A stretch of DNA of 64,000 nt from positions 87,437 through 151,436 of the forward strand of contig CAYOUT010000006.1 in assembly GCA_964407215.1 (NCBI GenBank), read 5' to 3'. The notes under the pieces were generated by a model. It saw only the letters and a list, made by a program, of their open reading frames with translations, ran no database searches and was not told the origin of the DNA. Made by a program: the position numbers and the translations under genes. Below are positions 47,497 through 55,839 of this stretch, piece after piece. Within the stretch, counting starts at the first letter, position 1. Every line of letters begins with the position of its first letter. The DNA comes from an uncultured Anaerolineales bacterium (lineage in GTDB: Bacteria; Chloroflexota; Anaerolineae; UBA1429).

Positions 47497-48540
47497 TCAA
47501 CGCTCGGGCGGCGCTCCGCGCTTGGCCCAGCGGCTCACCTGCCGGCCTCGCTCGTGTTCGTCGCGGCGCACGCGCTGCTGGCTGCTCAGCTCGTCGATGT
47601 TCGGGTGCCTGTTGAGCCTGCGGTACCCATGCAGCCTCTCCGGCTTTACCGCGCCGGTCTCGATGGCCTCGCGCACGGCGCAACCCGGTTCATGGCGGTG
47701 GGTGCAATCGCGAAAGCGGCAGCGCTCGGCCAGGGCCTCGATGTCGTCGAAGCGGTCCTCGGCGGGCGCGGCGCCCGGCGGGCCCGCGCGGCCGGCCGTA
47801 AGCTGTAGCCCGCGCAGCGCGGCGGTGTCTATCAGCAGGCCCCCATCGGGCAGGAGGTACAGGCCGCAGCGCCCGTCGCCCCCCGGCGGTCGAGGGCTCA
47901 GCGAGGCCACCAACTGTGCGGTGGCGGCTTGGGGGCCGGGGGCGCTCAGGAAGGCGGTCGTCCAGCCGATGCGCAGCTGTGCGCGCAGGGCGTCCAATCC
48001 CTGGCCGGTGGCGACGCTGACGGGGTGCACCGCCATGCCCGGGCACACGTCGCCCACAGCGGCCGCGCGCGCCACCACGTCGGGGCAGCGATCGGCCTCG
48101 GCCAACAACACCACCGGGCTGGCGCCGCTATCCCAGGCCAGGGCCAGGTAGCCCTCCAGGGCGCGGAGCTCCGGCTCTTCGCCCAGGCTGGCCACCAGAA
48201 AGAGGACGTCGACGTTGGCGGCCAGCACCCGCCCCCGGTGGGCGATGCGGGTTCGGGCGGGCAGCACGGCATGGATCGTCGCTTTGCGGCTGCCGCTACC
48301 TTGCGGGCGGATGGCCACCCAATCGCCCACGGCGGCACGGTCCGCGTCGGCTTGCGCTTCGCGAAGGGGCTCCGAGGGGGCGGCCATCCACGCGTCGGTG
48401 GCGTCGCGCTGATCGGGCCCCAACACAAAGCAGACTCCATGCTCTTCGTGTGCGACCCGGGCGGGGATGAGCCCATGCGGTTCGTACTCGCGGAACTGCT
48501 GTCGAAGCTGATAGTTCCATCCAAGCGTTGTGAGGTCCAA
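47497..48540 (-). CDS. RsgA/YjeQ-like protein with degenerate GTPase motifs and intact C-terminal zinc finger; TTG start
   Basis: Circularly permuted RsgA architecture is recognisable. The G4 position is AEAD instead of NKxD. The P-loop position is GPQAATAQ instead of GQSGVGKS. G3 is DTAA instead of DxPG. CRFRDCTHRHEPGCAV matches the RsgA Zn-finger. GAGAGGAG SD and TTG. Confidence 0.7.
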   Translation of the reverse strand: MDLTTLGWNYQLRQQFREYEPHGLIPARVAHEEHGVCFVLGPDQRDATDAWMAAPSEPLREAQADADRAAVGDWVAIRPQGSGSRKATIHAVLPARTRIAHRGRVLAANVDVLFLVASLGEEPELRALEGYLALAWDSGASPVVLLAEADRCPDVVARAAAVGDVCPGMAVHPVSVATGQGLDALRAQLRIGWTTAFLSAPGPQAATAQLVASLSPRPPGGDGRCGLYLLPDGGLLIDTAALRGLQLTAGRAGPPGAAPAEDRFDDIEALAERCRFRDCTHRHEPGCAVREAIETGAVKPERLHGYRRLNRHPNIDELSSQQRVRRDEHERGRQVSRWAKRGAPPER

Positions 48541-48625
48541 AATCTCACTCCTCTCAAGTCACCGAGGCGATGGCTCGTAGAGGAATCGCGCTAGCGATCG
48601 GGTGCTGTGCATCGGAGGGACGCGA

Positions 48626-48682
48626 TTACCCCTGCGAGCCCCTATACAACGCGGGACGTCGGTTGGTGGATGGATGTCGCAT
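48626..48682 (-). CDS. 18-codon leader ORF (MRHPSTNRRPALYRGSQG) upstream of the rsgA-like gene
   Basis: Perfect SD CAAAGGAGG-6nt-ATG, about 45 nt downstream of a near-consensus promoter. Ends ~85 nt before the rsgA-like TTG. Confidence 0.35.
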   Translation of the reverse strand: MRHPSTNRRPALYRGSQG

Positions 48683-48739
48683 GCGGATCCTCCTTTGCGG
48701 GGTGTTGCACAATGCATAGATAGCCCAACATTGGCGGCG

Positions 48740-48767
48740 ATTATACCGCTGTGGCGCGTGGCGTCAA
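48740..48767 (-). promoter_or_regulatory. near-consensus sigma70 promoter (TTGACG-N16-TATAAT)
   Basis: Minus-strand reading: gcTTGACGccacgcgccacagcggTATAATcgcc. Drives the leader ORF and the rsgA-like-GNAT-nitroreductase gene string. Confidence 0.5.
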
Positions 48768-48896
48768 GCGGACGCGCTGCGCCGTGGCGAGCGGGCCGAC
48801 GGGGCGGCTGGATGGTACGCTACGGGGGCCCCAGCGAAGGCTGTGAAGAGCGAGGGCGCCCGCCAGCGTACCTTAGGGGGCGTCTTAGGCGGCGCC

Positions 48897-50369
48897 CTAG
48901 GGCGCGCCCTCGGGTGTGCCGAGGGGTGCCTGTAGGCTGATGCGTGTGCCGAGGCCGGGCGCGGAGGCGATGGCCATCCGCCCGCCCACCATCTCCAGCC
49001 GCTCGCGAATGCTGAGGAGGCCGTAGCCGCTAGAGGGCGACACGTCGCTCAGGCCGTCGGTGGGGGCGAACCCCCGGCCGTCGTCGGCCACCTCGATCTC
49101 CAGCCATCCGCTGGCGGGGCGCCGCAACAGTACGCGGGCATGTTGGGTGTCGGCGTGTTTGACGACGTTGAACAACAGCTCGCGCACCGCCTGAAAGAGC
49201 AGCACGCGCACCCCCTCCGCCGCGGGCGGCGCCTCGTCATCCGCCTGCAGCTCGACGGTGAGCCCGTGGTTATCGTGCATCCAGCTGGCCAGCCAGCGCA
49301 GCGCGGGCCCCAGGCCCAGGTCGTAGAGTACGGGCGGACTGATATCCATAGAGAGCGAGCGGCAGGCTTGGATAGACTGATCCAGCAGCTCGTCGGCGAG
49401 GCGCAGCGTCTCCTGCATCGTGCTGGCTTGCGCCTGCCTGGCCGCCGCCGCCAGCCGCAGCCTGATGGCCGCCAACAGCTGCTGCAGGTCGTCGTGGAGC
49501 ATCTGCGCCAGCCGACGGCGCTCGCGCTGCTCGGCCACCGAGAGCTCGAACACCAGGCCGCGCAGCTGCTCGGTGCGCCGCTCCAGCTCTCGGTGGGTGC
49601 GCTGGAGCGCCTCCTCCGCGCGTTTGCGCTGGGTAACGTCGCGTGCGGCGGCGAAAACGCCCTGCAGCTCGCCGGCCTCGTTGCGGTAGACGCTGGCGTT
49701 ATAGAGCACGTCTATGGTGCGCCCCGAGGTGTGGCGGATCGTCAGCGGGTAGTCTCGCACCTCGCCCTCGGAGAGGACGCGCCGATAGCCCTCGCGCGCC
49801 CTCTCCGGCTCGGTAAAGCTGGCGCCGAAATCGCTGCCGATGAGCTGCTCGCGGGGCAGGCCGGTGGCATCCTCGGTGGCGCGGTTGACGTCGGTGATGA
49901 CGCCGGCGGGGCTGATGGCCACCAACGGGTCGGGGCTGGCCTCGAGCAGGCTGCGGGCGTAGCGCGAGGCGCGCGCCATCTCCACCTCGTGGCGTTTGCG
50001 TTCGATGGCGTAGCGCAGCGTACGCACAAGCAGCGTGCCGTGCGCCTCCCCTTTGAGGAGGTAATCTTGGGCCCCGCTCTCCATGGCGCGCAGCGCGATG
50101 GCCTCGTCGTGCAGGCCGCTCAACAGCACCACGGGCAGGTCGGGTGCGTGGGCGTGCACGCGCAGGAACGTCTCCAGCCCCTGGCTGTCGGGCAGGCCCA
50201 GGTCGAGCAGCATCACCGCCGGCTCGATCTCGGCCAGGCGCTGTAGGCCATCCTGCAGGGTGGTGGCCAGCTCCAGCTGAAACGGCGCGCCCGCATCGCG
50301 GAGCAGCTCGTGCGTCAGCCGCGAGTCGCCCGGGTTGTCCTCAACGAGAAGAACGATCTCCTTGATCAT
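48897..50369 (-). CDS. hybrid sensor kinase: N-terminal REC domain + PAS + HisKA_3 (NarL-type H-box) + HATPase_c
   Basis: [15 protein letters not shown]…LLDLGLPD… (receiver with conserved Asp), PAS region, H-box …[13 protein letters not shown]… (HisKA_3), HATPase (…EVADDGRGF…[12 protein letters not shown]…). GGGAGGGG SD. Confidence 0.85.
   Translation of the reverse strand: MIKEIVLLVEDNPGDSRLTHELLRDAGAPFQLELATTLQDGLQRLAEIEPAVMLLDLGLPDSQGLETFLRVHAHAPDLPVVLLSGLHDEAIALRAMESGAQDYLLKGEAHGTLLVRTLRYAIERKRHEVEMARASRYARSLLEASPDPLVAISPAGVITDVNRATEDATGLPREQLIGSDFGASFTEPERAREGYRRVLSEGEVRDYPLTIRHTSGRTIDVLYNASVYRNEAGELQGVFAAARDVTQRKRAEEALQRTHRELERRTEQLRGLVFELSVAEQRERRRLAQMLHDDLQQLLAAIRLRLAAAARQAQASTMQETLRLADELLDQSIQACRSLSMDISPPVLYDLGLGPALRWLASWMHDNHGLTVELQADDEAPPAAEGVRVLLFQAVRELLFNVVKHADTQHARVLLRRPASGWLEIEVADDGRGFAPTDGLSDVSPSSGYGLLSIRERLEMVGGRMAIASAPGLGTRISLQAPLGTPEGAP
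49645..49963. repeat. ~319-bp segment, apparently nucleotide-identical to 51579..51897 (PAS-domain coding region shared between two kinase genes)
   Basis: Encodes …[108 protein letters not shown]… in both genes. Flanks diverge immediately outside. Confidence 0.8.
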
Positions 50370-50829
50370 CGGGACCCCTCCCGTTGGGTGGCAAAACCAC
50401 GACCGTGAACCAAAACTCTTGGATAGACTTGACGACGCTCAGGAACTCTTCGAGGCCCACCGGCTTGGTGATGTAGCAGTTGGCGTGCAAACCGTAGCTT
50501 CGCAGGACGTCCTCCTCGTCGCGCGACGTCGTCAGAATGACCACGGGGATGCGTCGCAGGTCGGGGTCCTCTTTGATCTCCGCCAAGACCTCGCGCCCGT
50601 CCTTGCGGGGCAGGTTCAGGTCTAACAGGACGAGATCGGGGCGCACGGTGTTGGTGTAATGGCCTTGGCGGCGCAGATACGCCAGCGCCTCCACGCCGTC
50701 GCCCACGATGTTGAGGCGATTGAGCACGCGCCCCTCTTTGAGCGCCTCCTGCGTGAGGCGCACGTCGCCCGCGTTGTCCTCTACCAACAGGATCTCGATG
50801 GGGCGGCCTACCGATAGGTTACCGGCCAT
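50341..50829 (-). CDS. single-domain response regulator (CheY-like receiver)
   Basis: …[13 protein letters not shown]…[13 protein letters not shown]…PVVILTTS…. No output domain. Overlaps both flanking kinase genes (29 nt and 11 nt). Confidence 0.85.
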   Translation of the reverse strand: MAGNLSVGRPIEILLVEDNAGDVRLTQEALKEGRVLNRLNIVGDGVEALAYLRRQGHYTNTVRPDLVLLDLNLPRKDGREVLAEIKEDPDLRRIPVVILTTSRDEEDVLRSYGLHANCYITKPVGLEEFLSVVKSIQEFWFTVVVLPPNGRGPDDQGDRSSR

Positions 50830-52834
50830 GATGTGTACGTTTCCTTTCGGGGATGGAAAAGTAGAATGTGGATCCGCTGCCGGGTGTGGATTCGACCCAA
50901 ATGCGTCCTCCGTGGCGCTCTACGATCCGCTTGCACACGGGCAAGCCGATGCCGCTGCCCGCGTAGCGATCGCGGCTGTGCAGCCGCTGAAAGAATAAAA
51001 AGATGCGATCGCTGTATTCGGGCGAGATGCCGATGCCGTTGTCTTGGACGGCGAACACCCACTCGCCGCGCTTGCGCTGCGCCGAGATCGCAACGCGCGG
51101 GGGGGCGTCGCCGCGGAATTTGATGGCGTTACTCACCAGGTTCTGCAGCAGCTGTTCCATCTGCGTGGCATCGGCCGAGATGGCGGGCAGTGGGCGGTGA
51201 GTGACGATGGCGTCGTGCTCGTGGATGGCCAGCTGCAGGTTTGCGAGCACCTGCGCCAGTATACGGTTCATATCCACCGGTTCAAAGTCGGCGCCCCGGG
51301 TGTTGACGCGCGAGTACACCAGCAGGTCGTTGATCATGTGCTGCATGCGGTTGGCGCCATCCACGGCAAAGCCGATGAACTCGTTGGCCGCCTCGTCCAG
51401 CTGGTCTGCATAGCGCTGCTGCAGCAGCTGGGTAAAGCTCGCCACCATGCGCAGGGGTTCCTGCAGGTCGTGCGAGGCCACGTAGGCGAACTGCTGCAGG
51501 TCGGCGTTGGAGCGCTCCAGCTCGGCGGCCTGGCGTTGCAGCGCCTCCTCGGCGCGCTTGCGCGCGGTGATGTCTCGCGCGGCGGCGAAAACGCCCTGCA
51601 GCTCGCCGGCCTCGTTGCGGTAGACGCTGGCGTTATAGAGCACGTCTATGGTGCGCCCCGAGGTGTGGCGGATCGTCAGCGGGTAGTCTCGCACCTCGCC
51701 CTCGGAGAGGACGCGCCGATAGCCCTCGCGCGCCCTCTCCGGCTCGGTAAAGCTGGCGCCGAAATCGCTGCCGATGAGCTGCTCGCGGGGCAGGCCGGTG
51801 GCATCCTCGGTGGCGCGGTTGACGTCGGTGATGACGCCGGCGGGGCTGATGGCCACCAACGGGTCGGGGCTGGCCTCGAGCAGGCTGCGGGCGTAGCTCG
51901 AGGCGGCGCGCAACTCGGCGGTGCGCTCGCGCACGCGCTCGTCCAGCTCGTCGTTGGCCCGGCGGAGCGCCTCCTCGGCGTGCCTGCGCTCGGTGATGTC
52001 TATCCCCATGCCGATGAGGTACGGGGCACCGTCGATCTCGATCCGCAACCCGCTGAAATCGTAGGGGATTTTGCGGCCGTCTTTGGTGATGATCTCCGCC
52101 TCGATGCGAGCCTCGCCCTGTGAGAACACTTGGCGGATCCGCTCCTCCAGCAGGCGCCGGTCCTCACCCTCGAAATAATCCAGCGGGCTCCTCCGGACCA
52201 CCTCTTCGGAGGTGTACCCGGTGACGCGCTCCCAGTTCCTGTTCCAGCGGATAAAGCGCCCCTGCTCGTTGTAGAGGTAAAAGATGCCCGGCAGGCTCTC
52301 CAGCGTTCGCTCGGAGAGGGTGGCCAGCTGGTGCAACTCGGCGGTGCGCTCGGCCACGCGGCGCTCCAGCGACTCGTTAGCCTCTTTGAGGGCGCTCTCG
52401 GCGCGCACGCGCTCGGTGATATCCAGGCCCACCTCGAGTATCTGTTGCGCCCCATTCGCCCCCTGAAAGGGGTAATCGTAGATGTCGTAGATGCGGCGGT
52501 CGGGGCCCGTCCACACCCAGTGGTGGGGGGCGCCGGTTTGCAGGGAGTGGTAGGTCTCGCAATCCTCGCAGGGGGCGCCGCGCTCGAACAGATATTCGTA
52601 ACAGGGGCGGCCGTCGGCCTCACCGAAGCGCTCTGTGAAGAAGCGGTTGGTAAAGGTGACGCGGTAATCCGCGGATAGCAGGATAATGTACACCGGCAGT
52701 GTGTCGAGCAGGTGGTAGAGCTGCTCGCGCCCCAGGATCGCGCCGTGCATCGGCGCTGTCTCGAGCTCGGCCACGCGGCGTCGCAGGGCGGTCAGCTCCT
52801 CGCGCAACCGCGCTATCTCTGCGTCACGATCCAT
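50819..52834 (-). CDS. multi-PAS sensor histidine kinase (HisKA + HATPase_c), cytoplasmic
   Basis: N-terminal coiled coil, at least three PAS/PAC units, H-box …[14 protein letters not shown]…, HATPase …[11 protein letters not shown]…[13 protein letters not shown]…. AGGAGG SD. Confidence 0.85.
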   Translation of the reverse strand: MDRDAEIARLREELTALRRRVAELETAPMHGAILGREQLYHLLDTLPVYIILLSADYRVTFTNRFFTERFGEADGRPCYEYLFERGAPCEDCETYHSLQTGAPHHWVWTGPDRRIYDIYDYPFQGANGAQQILEVGLDITERVRAESALKEANESLERRVAERTAELHQLATLSERTLESLPGIFYLYNEQGRFIRWNRNWERVTGYTSEEVVRRSPLDYFEGEDRRLLEERIRQVFSQGEARIEAEIITKDGRKIPYDFSGLRIEIDGAPYLIGMGIDITERRHAEEALRRANDELDERVRERTAELRAASSYARSLLEASPDPLVAISPAGVITDVNRATEDATGLPREQLIGSDFGASFTEPERAREGYRRVLSEGEVRDYPLTIRHTSGRTIDVLYNASVYRNEAGELQGVFAAARDITARKRAEEALQRQAAELERSNADLQQFAYVASHDLQEPLRMVASFTQLLQQRYADQLDEAANEFIGFAVDGANRMQHMINDLLVYSRVNTRGADFEPVDMNRILAQVLANLQLAIHEHDAIVTHRPLPAISADATQMEQLLQNLVSNAIKFRGDAPPRVAISAQRKRGEWVFAVQDNGIGISPEYSDRIFLFFQRLHSRDRYAGSGIGLPVCKRIVERHGGRIWVESTPGSGSTFYFSIPERKRTHHGR
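51579..51897. repeat. second copy of the ~319-bp PAS-coding segment (see 49645..49963)
   Basis: Apparently identical nucleotide sequence in the same orientation. Confidence 0.8.
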
Positions 52835-52948
52835 GCGCCTGCCTCCTGGTCACAGCAAAGCGTCCGGCCGAGCTCCCCGGGCGAGGCCCGCCACCATGTT
52901 CGGTAAGCTGAGCCGGGCACGCCAACCCCTGGCCGACCCGACGCGGCA

Positions 52949-53548
52949 TCAGTAATAGATGTTGTCCATCACCACCCGGCCGTTGGGGTGGAAGCGCACG
53001 CCCTCCAGTTCGAGCAGCGCGCGCTTTAACGGCAAGCCCCCGCCAAAGCCGCTCAGGGCGCCGTCGGAGCGCACCGTGCGGTGGCACGGGATCACCAGCG
53101 GGAACGGGTTGGTCGCAAGGGCGCGCCCCACCGCTCGCGGGCCCCTGGGCACGCCCAGGTGCTGCGCGATGCGGCCATAAGTGCTCACCATGCCGCGCGG
53201 GATGGCGTACTCGGCCAGCAGCACACGGCGCTGAAAGGGCCTCATCACCGCGCCGGGGGGCGCATCGTCCAACGCCAACAGGTCCAGCGGCAATGTTACG
53301 TCGTCGCCGCGCAGGCTGCGCTCCAAGCGATCGCCCAGATCGTCCACCTCGGGGCACGACGCCGCATGGCAACCGGGGCAGGCCCGCTGGGCCAGCGCCG
53401 CCGCGGACACCTCGGGGCCGACGGGCAGCAGGATGCGCACGACGCGGGGTTCGTTGCAGCCGTCAACGCCGGCCGCCGCGCGCCAGATCAGCGCCACGTC
53501 GCCAAAGGGGGAGGGGACGCCCACAAAGCTCAGGGGTGTGGGATCCAT
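52949..53548 (-). CDS. ogt: methylated-DNA--protein-cysteine methyltransferase (Ogt/MGMT family)
   Basis: Start MDPTPLSFVGVPSPFGDVALIW with an AAAGGAAG SD. Active-site …VIPCHRTV… (PCHR motif) and the HTH of the DNA-binding domain. Confidence 0.8.
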   Translation of the reverse strand: MDPTPLSFVGVPSPFGDVALIWRAAAGVDGCNEPRVVRILLPVGPEVSAAALAQRACPGCHAASCPEVDDLGDRLERSLRGDDVTLPLDLLALDDAPPGAVMRPFQRRVLLAEYAIPRGMVSTYGRIAQHLGVPRGPRAVGRALATNPFPLVIPCHRTVRSDGALSGFGGGLPLKRALLELEGVRFHPNGRVVMDNIYY

Positions 53549-53688
53549 GCGCGTTCTTCCTTTCAGGACAAGGCCAAGCCATACCATATGATAGCCCGCT
53601 CGCGCGCGAATCACAAACCCCGCTTGCCACGGTGTGCCGAGCTGTCTTGTGAATATGTCGTGCATGTGAAATTCATCGCAAAAAAGGG

Positions 53689-53717
53689 TTGACATCCCAG
53701 TACAGATGTGGTAATAT
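53689..53717 (+). promoter_or_regulatory. consensus sigma70 promoter (TTGACA-N17-TAATAT) with A-tract UP-like element
   Basis: aaaaagggTTGACAtcccagtacagatgtggTAATATcatagttg. TSS predicted at ~53722-53725. Confidence 0.6.
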
Positions 53718-53722
53718 CATAG

Positions 53723-54074
53723 TTGCAGAGCCTCGAGAGATTAGAGTCACTTTAACTACCTTAGGGCAGGCGAACGATCAGCGGCGACCATGACGCGAGT
53801 TGTGGCGGCACCGTAAGCTGGACGAAAGGGAACCCGTCAAACAGGCTCCCGAGGATGCCAGCGAGCGAGTACACCGAGAGATCGGAGGAAAGCGAGTCGG
53901 AAGCGAGCCCAGCATGGGTGTTGGGCCAGTAGCACAGCTCGAGACCCAGGTGGGGGGTAGTTGAAGCGGATGAAGGTCACTTGAGGCTCTGCGTTTTCGA
54001 GGTTCTGCGAGTTGTAGGGTTCCGTGTGGGAAGCCGTGCCGGGTGAGTGTTTGCCCGGCACGGCTTCGTTTTGC
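53723..54074 (+). ncRNA. candidate ~350-nt non-coding RNA of unknown family (promoter to intrinsic terminator, no ORF)
   Basis: Bounded by the consensus promoter and a 14-bp GC-rich terminator. No plus-strand ORF of 60 aa or more, and stop codons are frequent in all three frames. Lower GC than flanks at the 5' end. Not recognisable by eye as RNase P, tmRNA, SRP or 6S. Confidence 0.45.
54030..54074 (+). terminator. rho-independent terminator (14-bp perfect stem GAAGCCGUGCCGGG…CCCGGCACGGCUUC + GUUUUG)
   Basis: gaagccgtgccggg-tgagtgtttg-cccggcacggcttc gttttg. Confidence 0.65.
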
Positions 54075-54095
54075 CCCCCAGAGGGTGCGGCGTCG

Positions 54096-55829
54096 TTAGC
54101 GCTCCACCGCCAGCGCGCGCACCCGCAACGTGTGGCCCGCCGCGCCGCCGTGTTGCCGCACGCGCAGCTCGGCGCCATCGGCCAGCGCGCTCGCCGCGTA
54201 GAATGCGCCCACCCAAGAGATGCCGGCCCAGATGGGCACGTCCGGCAGGATGCGGAGCGGCGCTATGGGGCGCCCCCCAACCGTGAGCTCGATGTGCACC
54301 TGCTCGCGCGAGGCGGGCTCCGTAGGGCGCTGGCCCTCGCGTGTCGTCTCTTGGCCGAACCGCACCGGCAGGCCGCCGCCACCCACACCCGAGGAGTCGG
54401 TTGCGCTGTGAGCCTGCGCAAACACAACCACCTCGTCAGCCTGGGGAGGGGCACCGCGCCACACACCGGTGAGCTCGCCGGGCCCGGTGGGGGCGAAAGC
54501 GATATCCAGCGGCCGCATGCATCGCGGTACGGGGCAATCGGCGGCGGGCGTTAGCGCGAGGTCGGCGCTGGCGTAGGCGCCCAGCCCGATGACGGCCATC
54601 TGCTCGGGCGCAAGCTCCACCAGCAGCGCGCCCTCGCCAGCGATCTGTACGGCGGCATCGGGCCCCGCGTCGGCGTACAAGGCCGTCGCTCGGGCGAGGC
54701 CGGGCAGCGCCAGCTCGATCTGCTGGGAGGTTCGCGAGCCGTTCACCAAGGAGAGCAGGCCACGCGCCGCACCGCCCGTGAGGCAGCCGTGCCAGGGCGC
54801 TACGCCGGGCTCTCCCCCCAACCAAGCGGTGCTCAGCCCCCGGCCAAAGGCGTCGAAATAGAGGCGCCGCGCCGCCGCCATAAAAGCCACGTCGCCGTCC
54901 GCCAGCAGGGTGGGGTCGCCGTAGTAGAGATCGCGCCGGCCGCCGCGCGCCAGATGGGCCAGGTAGGTGCGCCGGAAGCCGTGGGCGCCCTGGTAAAAGC
55001 TGGTGTTGGTGCCGCCCACCATGCAGCCGTGGTCATCTATGCGCTCCATGGGGAAGCCCAGCCGGCTCAGAAGCCACACTTGGTGATCTTGGAAGGCGTC
55101 GATGGAGCGGCGCAGGTCGGTGCGCGGCAGGTCGCTGGGGCGCGGATCGCCCGAGTAGACGTAATCGAACACCTCGAGCCACGAGAGATCAAAGCCGGGG
55201 TGCGTGGGCGAGCCCATGGGGCGCGACAGGTAGCCCGGCCAGCGTTCGATGCCGTTGTAGGCGATGATCACCAGGTCGGGGTATTCGGCGCGCAGGCGCG
55301 AGAGGATGCTGCGCAGGGCGGCGCCGTTGGCCTGCCCGGCCTCTTCGGGCGTGGCCCAGCCGCAGCCGGGCGGCCGCGCAGAGAGGTTGGCGAAATCGAG
55401 CTTGAAGAGGCGCACGCCCCACGTTTCCAGCGCGTGGCGCCAGCCGGCCTCGAGAGAGGGGCCGTAGGGGCCGTAGGCCAGGCTGTGGGCCCGCCGCTCC
55501 GGGTCGTAGCTGGGGGCCCATTCGGCCACCTGCAAATGGCTGCCGGAGAGGTCGAACCAGAGCCCCGGCAGCATCCCCAGCTCGCGGATGCGCGCCAAGG
55601 CCGGCGCAAAGCCCCGCGGCCAGTGGGGGCGTTTAAAGGCGGTGTACGGCTGGCCCGGGTCGAACCAGAAGGCGTCCAGCAAATAGTAATCGAACCCCAC
55701 GCCGTGGCGCGCCCGCCAGCCCGCCAGGGTGTCGAGGGCGGTCATCGTCATGGCCTCGTCGAGCTCGACGCGGTCTCCCAGTTCGTCGTGAAAGGCCCAA
55801 TCGCAGTAGATGGAGAAGGGACGTTGCAT
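54096..55829 (-). CDS. putative clan GH-D (GH36/GH27-like) glycoside hydrolase
   Basis: Start MQRPFSIYCDWAFHD with an AGGAG SD. …FDYYLLDAFWFD… (compare the DDGWF motif) and …VRLFKLDFANL… (compare the nucleophile K.D motif of alpha-galactosidases). Track ORF extends to 56006 with R/W/A-rich junk. Confidence 0.5.
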   Translation of the reverse strand: MQRPFSIYCDWAFHDELGDRVELDEAMTMTALDTLAGWRARHGVGFDYYLLDAFWFDPGQPYTAFKRPHWPRGFAPALARIRELGMLPGLWFDLSGSHLQVAEWAPSYDPERRAHSLAYGPYGPSLEAGWRHALETWGVRLFKLDFANLSARPPGCGWATPEEAGQANGAALRSILSRLRAEYPDLVIIAYNGIERWPGYLSRPMGSPTHPGFDLSWLEVFDYVYSGDPRPSDLPRTDLRRSIDAFQDHQVWLLSRLGFPMERIDDHGCMVGGTNTSFYQGAHGFRRTYLAHLARGGRRDLYYGDPTLLADGDVAFMAAARRLYFDAFGRGLSTAWLGGEPGVAPWHGCLTGGAARGLLSLVNGSRTSQQIELALPGLARATALYADAGPDAAVQIAGEGALLVELAPEQMAVIGLGAYASADLALTPAADCPVPRCMRPLDIAFAPTGPGELTGVWRGAPPQADEVVVFAQAHSATDSSGVGGGGLPVRFGQETTREGQRPTEPASREQVHIELTVGGRPIAPLRILPDVPIWAGISWVGAFYAASALADGAELRVRQHGGAAGHTLRVRALAVER

Positions 55830-55839
55830 CGGCGTGCTC

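Noticed and set aside
53723-54074. Possibility that the orphan transcript is RNase P RNA, tmRNA, SRP RNA or 6S RNA
   Set aside because: I could not find the P4 GGAAAGUCCGGGCUCC / ACAGAAUCCGGCUUA elements, a tRNA-like 3' end with tag ORF, the SRP domain-IV GGAA motif context, or a 6S-sized central bubble. Length fits RNase P and tmRNA but the sequence does not. A covariance-model search is needed before excluding them completely.
53837-54216. Minus-strand ORFs 53837..54178 (113 aa) and 53977..54216 (79 aa) overlapping the candidate ncRNA
   Set aside because: No SD or sensible start. The translations are junk-like, and they run antisense through a strong intrinsic terminator.
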